A stretch of 64,000 nucleotides of DNA from an uncultured Methanoregulaceae archaeon (GCA_963841015.1 CAWJAX010000003.1:192001-256000); one strand, 5' to 3'; positions 32,525 through 43,466 are shown, numbered from the stretch's first letter. Numbers and translations are program-made. The notes: generated from the letters alone by a model not told the origin.

Positions 32525-33153
32525 TCCTCGTCTCCTACACCCTCATCAAAGTTTTTCAGTGAGGCCATCGCCTCCCCCATCCGCTCGCACTCGATAAGCC
32601 ACTCATCAAAAAGGGTTGTCTGTTCAATATCATCTTTCACGTATTTACCACAGCAGGATGCTCCGTCAATGACACTGGCGCCGATATTGGCAGCTGACTC
32701 GAGTGCCTGCTCCATATCCTTCTCAATATCATCCCTGCCCTTCTTGACAAGGGTTTTGATATCTTTGTTAAATCCACCGGCAAGGTACAATCTGCAGGAA
32801 GCAAAGAGCACAAGTTTGGGGAGCTGCAGGATCTCAACGATTTCTCCAAGATCTCCCTCGGGGGCAGCTGACATTACAATCATTTCAACCTGCGAGAGCT
32901 TGTCAACCGCTTCTTCAAAAGTATACCGTTTGTTCTGGTAAAGCTTGATGATCTTTAATACCGATATGGTGATATCAACTGAGAAACTGTCAAGAACCCG
33001 GAATCCTTCAGGCAGCTCCTCGCTTTTGGGATCAGCTTCGAAGCTCGATTCTTTGAGAGTTTTCAACCAGTTGTCCCAGCGTTCCTGATTGTAAAAAATA
33101 TAAAACAACTTGAGCGGTTCAGCTTCTGTTTTTTTACCTGCCTTTTTTGCCAT
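32521..33153 (-). CDS. DUF2150 family protein
   Basis: FYNQERWDNW N-terminal motif, GASVIDG. Confidence 0.75.
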   Translation of the reverse strand: MAKKAGKKTEAEPLKLFYIFYNQERWDNWLKTLKESSFEADPKSEELPEGFRVLDSFSVDITISVLKIIKLYQNKRYTFEEAVDKLSQVEMIVMSAAPEGDLGEIVEILQLPKLVLFASCRLYLAGGFNKDIKTLVKKGRDDIEKDMEQALESAANIGASVIDGASCCGKYVKDDIEQTTLFDEWLIECERMGEAMASLKNFDEGVGDED

Positions 33154-33314
33154 TTCAGTACACTATTCGTTTGTGAAATTAAAGGATTTCGTTGTCCATC
33201 CCTGTTGAGATCGTTTTTTTTGTAAATATCCTTTCATTATTGCCCTATTCACGCGGTTGATCTGATACCACGAATGGTTATCACCCCAGACCTTCTATAC
33301 TACTGAAAACAGGG

Positions 33315-34517
33315 GTGAGAAAAATGATTACCAGGGAAAAACTCGTGATGGTGCGATATGGGGAATTATTCTTAAAAAGCGAGGCGGTAAAGCGCCATTT
33401 TATCGGAATGCTGCTCCGGAATATTGGAAAAGCACTCTCTGCTTCCGATCTTACCTGTCACTACGAAACCCCCCGCGGGCGCATCCTCATCTACGGTGAT
33501 TACCCGGAAAAGATCGCTGAGGTGGTATCCCGGATTTTCGGTCTTGTTGATGTGAGCATCTGTACCCGTACAAGCACCCGGCTTGAAGACATATGCACAG
33601 AAGCGATCTCTCTTGCATCAGAAAATCTGCATGAGGGAATGAGTTTTGCGGTCAGGGCAAAACGGCAGCAGAAAACCGGCCCGAACAGCCAGGAACTTGG
33701 TACCCTTATCGGTTCTGCCATCTACGATCACATCCCGGGTCTGTGTGTCGATCTGGATAACCCGGAGTATGAAATCTTCGTCGAAATCCGGGACTTCGGG
33801 GGGCTTGTATACGATTCGAGGATATCAGCACCCGGGGGTTTGCCCTGGGGCACGCAGGGCAGGGTGCTTGCATTACTTTCATCCGGTATTGATTCACCGG
33901 TCGCTTCCTGGCTGATGATGAAACGCGGGTGCGAGATCACCCACCTGCACCTGGATACCGGCCGGTGGGCGGGAAAGGATGTCACCCTGGCAGCGATAGA
34001 GAATCATCGCAGGCTCTCGCGCTGGTGTTACGGAAATCCTCTTTCTCTGGTGATCGCAAACAGTGAAGTTCTTTATGATCGCATGGACCAGCTTCGCATC
34101 CCGCCGCGCTATCGCTGTGTGATCTGCAAGCGTTTTATGCAACGGGTGGCAGGCAATCTGATGGAAAAAGAAGGAGCGCTCGCTATCGTGACAGGCGAGA
34201 ATCTCGGACAGGTGGCTTCCCAGACGCTTGCCAACCTGACGGTCATTTCAGAAGCGGTTACAGTACCTGTCTTACGTCCACTCATAACCTACGACAAGGA
34301 AGAAACCATCACCCTTGCCCGCAGGATTGGAACCTTTGATGCTCATCCGGGAGATCTTGTGTGCCGGGCTGTGCCGAATATGCCGGCAACTGCTGCAGTG
34401 CTTGAGACGATAAAAGAGAACGAGCAGAAGATGGACATTGACGGGATTGTCAGAAAATCACTTTCTGACCTGCGGTTTGTAACTGCATTAAATTGCGAGA
34501 TCGTCACAGAAGCCTGA
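33315..34517 (+). CDS. thiI: tRNA 4-thiouridine synthase ThiI
   Basis: RYGELFLKS, THUMP, SSGIDSPVA PP-loop, methanogen-type CVIC motif, GENLGQVASQT. Confidence 0.95.
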   Translation: MRKMITREKLVMVRYGELFLKSEAVKRHFIGMLLRNIGKALSASDLTCHYETPRGRILIYGDYPEKIAEVVSRIFGLVDVSICTRTSTRLEDICTEAISLASENLHEGMSFAVRAKRQQKTGPNSQELGTLIGSAIYDHIPGLCVDLDNPEYEIFVEIRDFGGLVYDSRISAPGGLPWGTQGRVLALLSSGIDSPVASWLMMKRGCEITHLHLDTGRWAGKDVTLAAIENHRRLSRWCYGNPLSLVIANSEVLYDRMDQLRIPPRYRCVICKRFMQRVAGNLMEKEGALAIVTGENLGQVASQTLANLTVISEAVTVPVLRPLITYDKEETITLARRIGTFDAHPGDLVCRAVPNMPATAAVLETIKENEQKMDIDGIVRKSLSDLRFVTALNCEIVTEA

Positions 34518-34620
34518 AAAACAATTTTTTTCGCAAAGAAGAGTATCTTTTTCTCGTTATTTCCGGTTTCGGGAAATACCATCTCCGGATACAAAAAATA
34601 TTCCTCCGGGTACCCGTCCA

Positions 34621-36720
34621 TCATTCTTTTCGTTGAAGTGCGATTTCCCGATTTTCCCGCGCCTCGGTGAAATCCGGGTTGATATCCAGAGCCTTGTCAT
34701 ATGAAGCAATAGCATCAGAATACTCTCCCGTTTTGAACTGTCCGAATCCCCGGGCGTACCACGCGTTGGCATCATGGGGATTGAGAGAAATCGCCCGGTC
34801 AAACGAATCAATCCCTTCAATATACTGTCCCATCGAATAGAGCACGAATCCCCGGGCGTACCACGCTTTTGCATCATCCGGGTTGAGAGCAATTGCCTTA
34901 TCAAACGAGGCTATAGCTTCGGCATACCTGCCCAGGTTGCCTAATGCATATCCGAGGTTGTTCCACGCATCAGCACAATCCGGGCTGATAGCGATCGCTT
35001 TCTCATGAGCGGTAATTGCTTCTGAATACCAGCCAAGATGATGGAGGGAGACCCCGCGCTTATTCCATGCATCGGTGGAAACCGGGTTGACGGCAATCGC
35101 CTTATCGTACGAAGCAATTGCATCAAGGTACCTTCCGAGTTTATCCAGCGTGTTGCCGCGGTTAATCCACATACCTGCATTATTCGGGTTCAGGGTAATC
35201 GCCTTATAATACGAGGAAACGGCATCAGTATACCGGCCAAGTTTATCCAGGGCTGCTCCCCGGTTATTCCAGAAGTCGGCATCATCCGGATTAAGAGCAA
35301 TCGCTGCATCAAAAGAGTCAACAGCTTCTAAATACCGGCCGAGATTATCCAGTGCAATTCCACGGATGTTCCATGCCTTATCACCATCCGGATTGATGGC
35401 AATTGCCCTGTCGCAGGATTCAACAGCTTCTAAATACCGGCCGAGATTAACCAATGCATTTCCCCGGTTGTCCCATATTTCGTTGCTATCCGGCACAAGA
35501 ATGAGAGCATTATCATACGAGGAAACGGCTTCGGAATACCGGCCGAGTTTATGCAGTGTCATTCCCCGCTTATTCCACGCATCAGTGGAATCCGGGTCAA
35601 GGGCAAGCACTTTGTCGTATGAGTCGACTGCTTCAGAATACCGGCCGAGGGTATCCAGTGCGACTCCACGGTTGTTCCATGCATCTGCATAATCCGAATT
35701 GAAGGTAACTGCCTTGTCATACGAGAAAACAGCTTCAGAATACCGGCCAAGATTATCGAGTGCAACCCCACGGTTGTTCCATGCCTCAGCGTAATCCGGC
35801 TCGAGGGTAACTGCCTTGTCATACGAGGTAACAGCTTCAGAATACCGGCCAAGATTATCGAGTGCAACCCCACGGTTGTTCCATGCCTCAGCGTAATCCG
35901 GGTCGAGGAGAATTGCCTCCTGATACGAGCTGACAGCTTCAAAATACCGGCCAAGTTTATCCAGCGCAACACCGCGGTTATTCCATGCTGCGGTGTCATT
36001 GGGAGAAAGTTCAATAGCCTTATCAAAAGAGTCGACTGCTTCAGAATACCGGCCAACATTATCGAGCATGTTTCCAAGGTTAATCCACGCATTCGCGTCA
36101 TCAGGGTTACTGTCAACCCGTGTGTTACAGACTTCGACTTCATCGGAATATGTACCGGTTTGCCTGAGTGCGTTTCTGCGGTTGTTCCACGCGGTAGTGT
36201 AATCCGGGCTGATGTCCATTGCTTTGTCGTAAAAGCTTACAGCTTCTGTGTACAGGTCGAGATACTCCTGTGCAACGCCGCGGTTGTTCCATGCAACCGC
36301 GTTATTTGGATTAAGGATAGTCGCCCTTTCGTAAGAGGCTCCCGCTTCAGAATACCGGCCGAGATGAACGAGCGTGTTTCCATGGTTGATCCAGACCTCA
36401 TGATTTTTTGGGTTGAGGAGAATTGCCTTGTCATACGATACAACCGCTTCGGAATACCGGCCAAGAGTGTCCAGTGCAACCCCACGGTTGTTCCATGCCT
36501 CAGCGTAATCCGGATTGATCGAAATTGCCTGGTCATAGGAGGAGACTGCTTCGGAAGATCTCCCAAGATTATCCAGTACAACACCGCGATTGTTCCATGC
36601 CACCGCATTCGAGGGGTTTAGGGCAATTGCCTTGTCATACGATTCGACCGCTTCGGAATACTGATCGAGTCCGGCAAAATTATTGCCTTCATTGATAAAC
36701 TGACTAGCTCGATCCCGCAT
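34621..36720 (-). CDS. All-TPR protein (about 20 tandem 34-aa repeats)
   Basis: Repeated AWNNRGVALDxLGRYSEAVxSYDKAIxLNP. Confidence 0.95.
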   Translation of the reverse strand: MRDRASQFINEGNNFAGLDQYSEAVESYDKAIALNPSNAVAWNNRGVVLDNLGRSSEAVSSYDQAISINPDYAEAWNNRGVALDTLGRYSEAVVSYDKAILLNPKNHEVWINHGNTLVHLGRYSEAGASYERATILNPNNAVAWNNRGVAQEYLDLYTEAVSFYDKAMDISPDYTTAWNNRRNALRQTGTYSDEVEVCNTRVDSNPDDANAWINLGNMLDNVGRYSEAVDSFDKAIELSPNDTAAWNNRGVALDKLGRYFEAVSSYQEAILLDPDYAEAWNNRGVALDNLGRYSEAVTSYDKAVTLEPDYAEAWNNRGVALDNLGRYSEAVFSYDKAVTFNSDYADAWNNRGVALDTLGRYSEAVDSYDKVLALDPDSTDAWNKRGMTLHKLGRYSEAVSSYDNALILVPDSNEIWDNRGNALVNLGRYLEAVESCDRAIAINPDGDKAWNIRGIALDNLGRYLEAVDSFDAAIALNPDDADFWNNRGAALDKLGRYTDAVSSYYKAITLNPNNAGMWINRGNTLDKLGRYLDAIASYDKAIAVNPVSTDAWNKRGVSLHHLGWYSEAITAHEKAIAISPDCADAWNNLGYALGNLGRYAEAIASFDKAIALNPDDAKAWYARGFVLYSMGQYIEGIDSFDRAISLNPHDANAWYARGFGQFKTGEYSDAIASYDKALDINPDFTEARENREIALQRKE
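35704..35907. repeat. Two near-identical 102-bp tandem units inside the TPR gene
   Basis: Units starting 35704 and 35806 differ at about 3 positions. Confidence 0.85.
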
Positions 36721-36927
36721 GAAATAGAATATGTTATTCAGCTAATCACTGTTGCGATTCATTTCTGAACGATAGTATCCCAGTCATGATTATGTTGTGG
36801 ATTGGGAGACATTTTCTGGTACAATCCCTGTCAATCTCAATGACGGTCACACAATAGTGTAAATTGAATGCGAATCAGGATTAATCCGGAGCAGTAAGGA
36901 AAAAATTCACCATGTACAAATAAATGT

Positions 36928-38406
36928 TCAGAGGAGTTTCTCTGTATAGCGGATTACTTCTTTGAGTGCCTTGACCCGGGCATACCATTTATTGTCCGAC
37001 TCAATAACAATCCACGGGGCATAGGGAGTGTTGGTACGGGCCAGCATCTCATCAACCGCAACATCATAGAGATCCCATTTCTCCCGGTTTCTCCAGTCAT
37101 CTTCAGTTATTTTGTATTGCTTGAGGGGATCCTTCTCCCGCTGGCTGAACCGTTTGAGTTGTTCATCCTTATCTATCTCAAGCCAGAACTTGACCATTCC
37201 CCCGCCACTGCTCTCGACATAGTCCTGCTCCATTTCGTTTATTTCCTGGTACGCCCGTTCCCACTCGGTTTCCGAACAGAACCCTTCCACACGTTCAACC
37301 AGGACACGCCCGTACCAGCTCCGGTCATAGATTGCAAAATGCCCGGCTTTCGGGTAGTGACGGATAAACCTCCAGAGGTAGTGGTGTTCTTTCTCATAGT
37401 CATTTGGTGCTGCTACCGGTATAACATCATATCCCAGCGGGTTGATATAACGGGCAAGACGGGTGATATTCCCTCCTTTTCCGGCAGCATCCCAACCCTC
37501 ATAGACAATGATGAACGGAATTTTCCGTTTAAAGAGCAGGTAATTGATCTCAAGCATCTCGATCTGCAGGCCGTTGAGCATATTCTGACAGTCTTCTTTT
37601 GAATAAGATACACTGACAGAAGATTTTCTCGGGACAGGATTTTTCGGAGGCTTGGAAATACTTTTCTGCCGTGCCTTTTTTGCCCGCTCTTCTGTTTCAA
37701 AAGCAACTCTTTTTTCGAGCGTTTTTACTAATATTGAATATACCCTGAAAATGGTATACTTCCTGTCGGTGGATTCGATAACATGCCAGGGTGCATAATC
37801 GGTATCGGTCTTTTCAATGAATTCATCAATAATCGGAAGATAGGTATCATAACTGTGATGGAAATCCCAGATACTTGGTGTCACCAGCCAGGCAGTAAGC
37901 GGGTTCCTCTCACGCTCCAGTAACCTGAGTTTCTGTTCGTCTTTGCTGATATGTAAAAAGAATTTGACGATAATTGCACCGCTGTCACTCAGCTGGCGTT
38001 CAAAAACCGATATGGAATTAATCTCATCCTTGAGCGATTTTTTCCAGCCGATGCTGGATAGTTTTTCTGCAAGTGCCCTGCTGTACCAGCTGCGGGCAAA
38101 AAGGGCAATTCGCCCTTTTGAAGGAGTTTTTACCCAGAATCTCCACATGAAAGGGCGTGCCCGTTCTTCATCTGTGGCTTTATCGGTTGCATGAAGGGTA
38201 AACCCACGGGGATCTAGAGACTGGATAATCTCCCTGGTGGCCATGGTAATCCCGGCAGCATTCCAGCCTTCGATGACAATTATGGTGGGGATCTTCAGAT
38301 CGCGAAGTGTTCGCTGGAGGACGCTGAGGCGCTCTTTTAACGGGGGCAGGGATTCATCAAAAGTCTTATCATCAATAGTTTTTGTTAAATCATATTTTTC
38401 AAACAT
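36928..38406 (-). CDS. Two-domain polyphosphate kinase 2 (class II, polyP:AMP phosphotransferase)
   Basis: Degenerate N-domain EGWNAAG/ARSWY plus intact EGWDAAGKGG/DRSWYGRVLVERVEG. Confidence 0.92.
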   Translation of the reverse strand: MFEKYDLTKTIDDKTFDESLPPLKERLSVLQRTLRDLKIPTIIVIEGWNAAGITMATREIIQSLDPRGFTLHATDKATDEERARPFMWRFWVKTPSKGRIALFARSWYSRALAEKLSSIGWKKSLKDEINSISVFERQLSDSGAIIVKFFLHISKDEQKLRLLERERNPLTAWLVTPSIWDFHHSYDTYLPIIDEFIEKTDTDYAPWHVIESTDRKYTIFRVYSILVKTLEKRVAFETEERAKKARQKSISKPPKNPVPRKSSVSVSYSKEDCQNMLNGLQIEMLEINYLLFKRKIPFIIVYEGWDAAGKGGNITRLARYINPLGYDVIPVAAPNDYEKEHHYLWRFIRHYPKAGHFAIYDRSWYGRVLVERVEGFCSETEWERAYQEINEMEQDYVESSGGGMVKFWLEIDKDEQLKRFSQREKDPLKQYKITEDDWRNREKWDLYDVAVDEMLARTNTPYAPWIVIESDNKWYARVKALKEVIRYTEKLL

Positions 38407-38527
38407 CCGTCCCCCTCAGGCACTCACAAGAATCAGAATACCTTTGATTAACAAACGAATCGTAGGGCATGACAGGTATTAAACCCTACCTGAATAGTAT
38501 CAGGGGGGGAATTTTTACTTTGAAAAA

Positions 38528-39709
38528 TTATGTATTGAGAGAAAGACCATTCTCAGTCGCGATGGTGACAAAGGCATCGGCAAGGAACGCTGCCTGTTTT
38601 GTTGTTGCCCCGTACGTGTTGAATTTCCAGACTTTCGTTGCGCCGGGAATTACCCCGACAATGCCTTTTTCTTCGAGTGCACCTGAGAAATAAAATCCCC
38701 TCTTTTTGTGGGATTCTGCCACTTTATCAAAAGATGCAATAGTATCTACCCGTGTCAGGGTGTGTTTCCGTGGGTATTCCGAAAGGATCTTTGTACCTGT
38801 AACGGACAGAAGGGCTTCAAGAACAACGCGGTTGTTTTCCAGTTCACGGTCAAAGTGCTTCACCCGTTCCTTCACGTGCGGGAACGAGGCCATCATTCCG
38901 ACAAGTGTTGCGCCCATCAGCGTGCAGCCCATCATCTCCGGTTCCTTGATACCGAACTTCCGTTTTGTCACATCACCTTCAATTCCCGTAGTGCGAAAAA
39001 CTTCCGCAGCTCGTTCCTTTGTCGCGGCAAGGATACCGGACGGAGCCGGGGCTGCCATACTCTTGTGCCCGGAGCCGACAATGAAATCCACACCGAGATC
39101 TTTGCCATCGACCGGGAGGATCCCGACCGTGTATGCACCATTGTACAGGACAGGAATGTCGTATTGATGGGCCACTTTTGTGATCGCTTTTACCTCATGC
39201 ATGTTGCCATACTGGTAATCGATGTGGTCAATGAAGGCCAGAACAGGCGTCCTGCCTGACTCGCGTCGGACCTCTTCGATCTTTGTTGCTGTCGCATCAG
39301 CGGTAATCTTATGAGCGGTATCCTGGGGGATCTCACGAACGATACCCCCGGTTCCTTCGATGGCAAGGAATTCGGTATAGTGAGAAAGCGAAGTGAGAAG
39401 CACCGGATCTCCCTTCCTGACGTAGGTGTTAGCGACTGCCTGGAACCCGCGCCGGGCACCGGGTACTACACGGACTGCATCCATATTCAGCCATGCAGCA
39501 ACTTCCTGATGGAACCCGGCAATCGGAGGTTTGCTGATGTAATCGAGACGGTTGGGTTTGCGGCAGTTATCGCAGACAGAATAACCATCCCCATAAGCGA
39601 TGACAGCTTTCATTGCATCTGCAGTGAGCCTGCCCCCTGCCTGAATAGGATCAATATTTATGAAGAGTTCGTTGACCTGCCGCGCTTCTATTCCGGCTCC
39701 GCACCTCAT
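38528..39709 (-). CDS. pscS: Sep-tRNA:Cys-tRNA synthase
   Basis: PIQAGG, GDGYSVCDNC, GARRG, NGAY, GSGHKSMA PLP lysine, GCT. Confidence 0.95.
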   Translation of the reverse strand: MRCGAGIEARQVNELFINIDPIQAGGRLTADAMKAVIAYGDGYSVCDNCRKPNRLDYISKPPIAGFHQEVAAWLNMDAVRVVPGARRGFQAVANTYVRKGDPVLLTSLSHYTEFLAIEGTGGIVREIPQDTAHKITADATATKIEEVRRESGRTPVLAFIDHIDYQYGNMHEVKAITKVAHQYDIPVLYNGAYTVGILPVDGKDLGVDFIVGSGHKSMAAPAPSGILAATKERAAEVFRTTGIEGDVTKRKFGIKEPEMMGCTLMGATLVGMMASFPHVKERVKHFDRELENNRVVLEALLSVTGTKILSEYPRKHTLTRVDTIASFDKVAESHKKRGFYFSGALEEKGIVGVIPGATKVWKFNTYGATTKQAAFLADAFVTIATENGLSLNT

Positions 39710-39888
39710 TTCAGCATCTCCCGTTTCAAGGATGCAACCTGCCGTTCGAGATTTTCCAGCAGACGTTGTGCCTGGGTTCTCTGGGTTTCATCCATCGTGT
39801 GAGAGGGTGCGGTTTCTCGGAGGATTACCCGTAGGTCCGTAAGGGTATAGAGTGCCTGGAATGTCATGTCAACTGCCCTTTTTGACAA
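39706..39888 (-). CDS. Small helical protein coupled to pscS, probably SepCysE N-terminal-domain-like
   Basis: ATGA overlap with pscS; helix-loop-helix pattern; AGGTGA RBS. Confidence 0.6.
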   Translation of the reverse strand: MSKRAVDMTFQALYTLTDLRVILRETAPSHTMDETQRTQAQRLLENLERQVASLKREMLK

Positions 39889-40087
39889 CGAATCACCTTA
39901 CTAGTATTGGGAAGACGATGAAATAAGTAACCACTATTGTTCCTTTTTAATTACGGGAGTTCGTCTGCAGGTTAGTGCTTATCCCGTGACTGGGAGGTAT
40001 CGTACTCAGGGAACATGCCCTCAAGAGCTTATTGGGTAATCAGAACCCCGGACTCAGGAAAACAGGTAAAAAATTACGAGAGGGGGA

Positions 40088-40657
40088 TCAGACAACAACA
40101 AACTGTCCCTGCATTGACGGATGGAGATCGCAGCGGAAGTAATAGATTCCCGGTATCGAAGGCGCGGTAAAAATATAGGTGATCTTATCAGGACCGGTAA
40201 TAATTTTGCCCTTGTAAATGGTTGAGGTCAGAGACGGGGTTGTATAGAAAGCCACATTATGTGGGGCACTGTCTTCATTTTCGAACTCAACAGTGACCTG
40301 CTTACCGGCAGAAACCGTGATCCGTGAAACATCAAACGCAAAGTTCCTGGCTTTTATCCTGACTCGTTCACTTCTGTCATCGGTCGATGTTGCCGTGGGA
40401 GTTCCTGGAGTGTTCGTTGATATACTGGTCTTTGACATACTAATAGTTCCCGTTGTCGTTGTTGTATCGATAGTTCCGGTAGTCACGACAGTGCCGGAAG
40501 TCAGGGTGATTACGGGGATGGTAACCATGGTTGTGGGCTCAGTCGTGACCGTGCCGGAGGTCTGGCTGGTGCATCCGGTAATCAGTATGGCTGCACTGAC
40601 AAGGCAAAGCAGCAGGATTATTCTGTTTCGGATTTCCATGCATGAACCTGTCATCAC
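40088..40657 (-). CDS. Lipoprotein-like cupredoxin (type-1 copper) protein
   Basis: ITGC lipobox, Thr-rich linker, PHN...YFRCDLHPSM. Confidence 0.85.
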   Translation of the reverse strand: MMTGSCMEIRNRIILLLCLVSAAILITGCTSQTSGTVTTEPTTMVTIPVITLTSGTVVTTGTIDTTTTTGTISMSKTSISTNTPGTPTATSTDDRSERVRIKARNFAFDVSRITVSAGKQVTVEFENEDSAPHNVAFYTTPSLTSTIYKGKIITGPDKITYIFTAPSIPGIYYFRCDLHPSMQGQFVVV

Positions 40658-40824
40658 TTGATACCTGTGAATTTCTGTTGGTCACAATTCTCTCATTTTT
40701 GACCGGGTTTGAGCGAAGGAGAACAGAGATGGATGTTCAGTGTGATTACGCCAATATCAACTGCAAAAAACATGCTGCAGTACTTGAGAAAAATATATCC
40801 TTGTTTGAATTAAATGGGAGAAAC

Positions 40825-41157
40825 ATGGGAAAAAAAACAATAAAAGAGAAACCACCCTTAGAATTACAATTTGATCATGTCAAAGATAAAATTACCGGAT
40901 GGGAGAAATACAGGAATGCAGGCTCGCAAATCGGGCCCTGGATTATGCTTTTATCAGGAGCATTGATCGCAACGGTCGGGTTCTTCAGTGCTATCTTTGG
41001 TGGCAGAACCACGATTGGAATCAGTGTCGGAATCATTGGTATCCTGATAATTATTGCTGCATGGGTCTGGTCGCGGAAGCGTTCAAAGGGTCAGAGGGAT
41101 GTTGAAGAAAAAATCCTCACTATGAAGGGCGACCTTGCTCTTCTTGAGAAGGAATGA
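40825..41157 (+). CDS. Small 2-TM membrane protein
   Basis: Two TM helices; start placed at MGKKT. Confidence 0.6.
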   Translation: MGKKTIKEKPPLELQFDHVKDKITGWEKYRNAGSQIGPWIMLLSGALIATVGFFSAIFGGRTTIGISVGIIGILIIIAAWVWSRKRSKGQRDVEEKILTMKGDLALLEKE

Positions 41158-41233
41158 TGATAACCGGAAACTGATATCCCATTCGGTACCTGTAAGCGCA
41201 AAATACGCCCGGGAAGTTAAATAAATATTTTTT

Positions 41234-41698
41234 TTAGGTAATTATCCATGATGCTTCCTGATTTCCAAAACCGTAATAAAATGTTAGTTTTCCCTCATTT
41301 GTACTATCCTGATTTCCGTGAAGCTGATACAGGTTGGCCGATCCAGAACGCGATTCGCCAAAAGAGAGACCCTCTTCCGGGAGTTCTGGCAAATCATAGT
41401 GCACTCCATTCCCATCTACAACCCACATCCGGCTTATTGTGGCGATGGCTTTATCGCCAGTGTTTTTTGTTTCAAAAGACACGATTCGACTCGTTTCGTT
41501 AAAACCAGTCACGCGTACTGATTTTTTAAATCCTTTAAATTCAAAAATTGCGGTATCACCGATTTTCAGACCGGTACGGGATGGATCGGGTTGATGGGTC
41601 AATTGGATAGCTGATCCCTGAGAGGGAGTGGTAATGCACCCGGTAAAAAGAACCAGAACAATCAGGGAAAATCCTAAAACGAGAACCAGATATCGCAT
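41234..41698 (-). CDS. Hypothetical lipoprotein-like protein
   Basis: Signal peptide with FTGC. Confidence 0.65.
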   Translation of the reverse strand: MRYLVLVLGFSLIVLVLFTGCITTPSQGSAIQLTHQPDPSRTGLKIGDTAIFEFKGFKKSVRVTGFNETSRIVSFETKNTGDKAIATISRMWVVDGNGVHYDLPELPEEGLSFGESRSGSANLYQLHGNQDSTNEGKLTFYYGFGNQEASWIIT

Positions 41699-41989
41699 GG
41701 TTTATCAATATTCAACTCGGGCTATTTAAAATATTTTTTTAGGGAAATTGTTTCCTGAAAGGACCATGATTCAAAAAAAGATTACGAGGAGGGTAAGAAA
41801 TGGTTTCAACGCGGGAACGGTATCTATGGTTGTACAGAATCTCTTCTTTTTTATAGTCGGGAATATTAAAAAAATAGACAACGTATTTCCCGGCCTGCGA
41901 CAAATTTTTCTCCTGACGTTTTAATGTATTAGTAAATAAAACTACACCAGAATATTTTATAATTCAGTGTAGCAGTTTCGGAGGTCTGA

Positions 41990-43432
41990 GTGGAGTTTAA
42001 CAACAAGGTATTAATCATTGGATATGGTGCGGTAGCAAAATGTACACTACCAATACTGCTCCGGCATGTAACGATACCCCTTGAAAATATCACCATAATT
42101 GATTTTAAGGATAAAGCGCAGGATCTGAAAGCGTGGACATCCGGCGGGCTCCGGTTTTTCAAGAGAAAAGTCACACCGGATAACCTTGACCAGGTTTTGT
42201 CTGATTATCTTTCACCAGGAGGTCTCGTGATTGATCTTGCCTGGAATATCGACTGCTGTGAGCTGGTGCAGTGGTGCCATGATCATACTGTCCTGTACGT
42301 GAATACCTCCGTGGAAGCCTGGGATCCTGACGCGGATAAGTTTACCGCAAGCCCCTATGAAAAAACCCTGTATTACCGGCAGATGAGGCTTCATGAACTG
42401 ACAAAAGACTGGCATGATGGTGCCACTTCTGTCGTTGATCATGGTGCAAATCCCGGCCTTATCTCACACTTTGCCCGTCAGGGACTTGTTGATATCGCGC
42501 GCCAGATGATTGCCGATGACATCGCGCCGGAACCGGACCTCGTGGAAGATCATATCCGCAATAAGAATTTTGCTGCACTTGCCATGGAGACCGGTATAAA
42601 AGTTATTCACTGTTCAGAAAGGGACACCCAGATCTCCCGGTCACCTAAAAATGTCGATGAGTTTGTGGGAACCTGGTGTATTGAAGGGCTCAGGGAAGAA
42701 GGCACCGCTCCGGCGGAGATTGGGTGGGGGACGCATGAAAAAGAGCTTCCCGAACAGGCGTATGTACCTCCCGTTGGGCCAAAGAACGAGATTCTGCTCG
42801 CACGGATGGGTATCAATACCTGGGTCCGGTCCTGGCTTCCTCACCACGAAATCGTCGGCATGGTCATCCGTCACGGAGAGGCATTTGGCATATCAGACCG
42901 GTGGACGGTCTGGAAGGACGGAGTGGCAATCTACCGGCCGACTGTTCATTACGCATATTTACCCTGTGATGCGACCATTGCTTCACTCCATGAGCTGCGG
43001 GGAAGAAATTACGAACTGCAGCCAAAACTACGGATTCTGAACGACAGGGAGATTATTTCCGGATCAGATATACTGGGGGCCCTCCTAATGGGTCATCCCT
43101 ACAATTCCTGGTGGACCGGCAGTATCCTTTCTATTGAGGAAGCAAAGACCCTTGCCCCCGGCCAGAATGCAACCACGGTCCAGGTCGGGCTGGGAGTGGT
43201 CAGTGCTGTTATGTGGATGATACAAAACCCCAGGAAGGGTTTCTGCCTTCCTGACGATCTGCCCCATGAGTGCGTACTGGATATTGCAAAGCCATACCTG
43301 GGTGAATTCTATTCCGGTCCATCCGACTGGACCCCGTTGAAAAACAGGAAGGTTTACTTCAAGGAGAACGTGGAGAATCATTATGACTATGACGATGTCT
43401 GGCAATTCAAAAACTTCTTATTTGTGCGATGA
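41990..43432 (+). CDS. hss: Homospermidine synthase
   Basis: IIGYGAV, YVNTSVEAW, HGANPGLISHF, IHCSERDTQ, TWCIEG, WGTHE, HGEA, YRPTVHYAY, QNATTVQV. Confidence 0.9.
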   Translation: MEFNNKVLIIGYGAVAKCTLPILLRHVTIPLENITIIDFKDKAQDLKAWTSGGLRFFKRKVTPDNLDQVLSDYLSPGGLVIDLAWNIDCCELVQWCHDHTVLYVNTSVEAWDPDADKFTASPYEKTLYYRQMRLHELTKDWHDGATSVVDHGANPGLISHFARQGLVDIARQMIADDIAPEPDLVEDHIRNKNFAALAMETGIKVIHCSERDTQISRSPKNVDEFVGTWCIEGLREEGTAPAEIGWGTHEKELPEQAYVPPVGPKNEILLARMGINTWVRSWLPHHEIVGMVIRHGEAFGISDRWTVWKDGVAIYRPTVHYAYLPCDATIASLHELRGRNYELQPKLRILNDREIISGSDILGALLMGHPYNSWWTGSILSIEEAKTLAPGQNATTVQVGLGVVSAVMWMIQNPRKGFCLPDDLPHECVLDIAKPYLGEFYSGPSDWTPLKNRKVYFKENVENHYDYDDVWQFKNFLFVR

Positions 43433-43466
43433 ATCACTCTTGTACTGACAAAGGTGGGAAAGACTC

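Noticed and set aside
34621-36720. Regular DNA repeats as a CRISPR array or DGR
   Set aside because: 102-bp in-frame coding period with no unique spacers; no cas or reverse transcriptase gene
40088-40657. Blue-copper protein in a strict anaerobe
   Set aside because: Such cupredoxin lipoproteins are common in Methanomicrobia; nothing distinctive here
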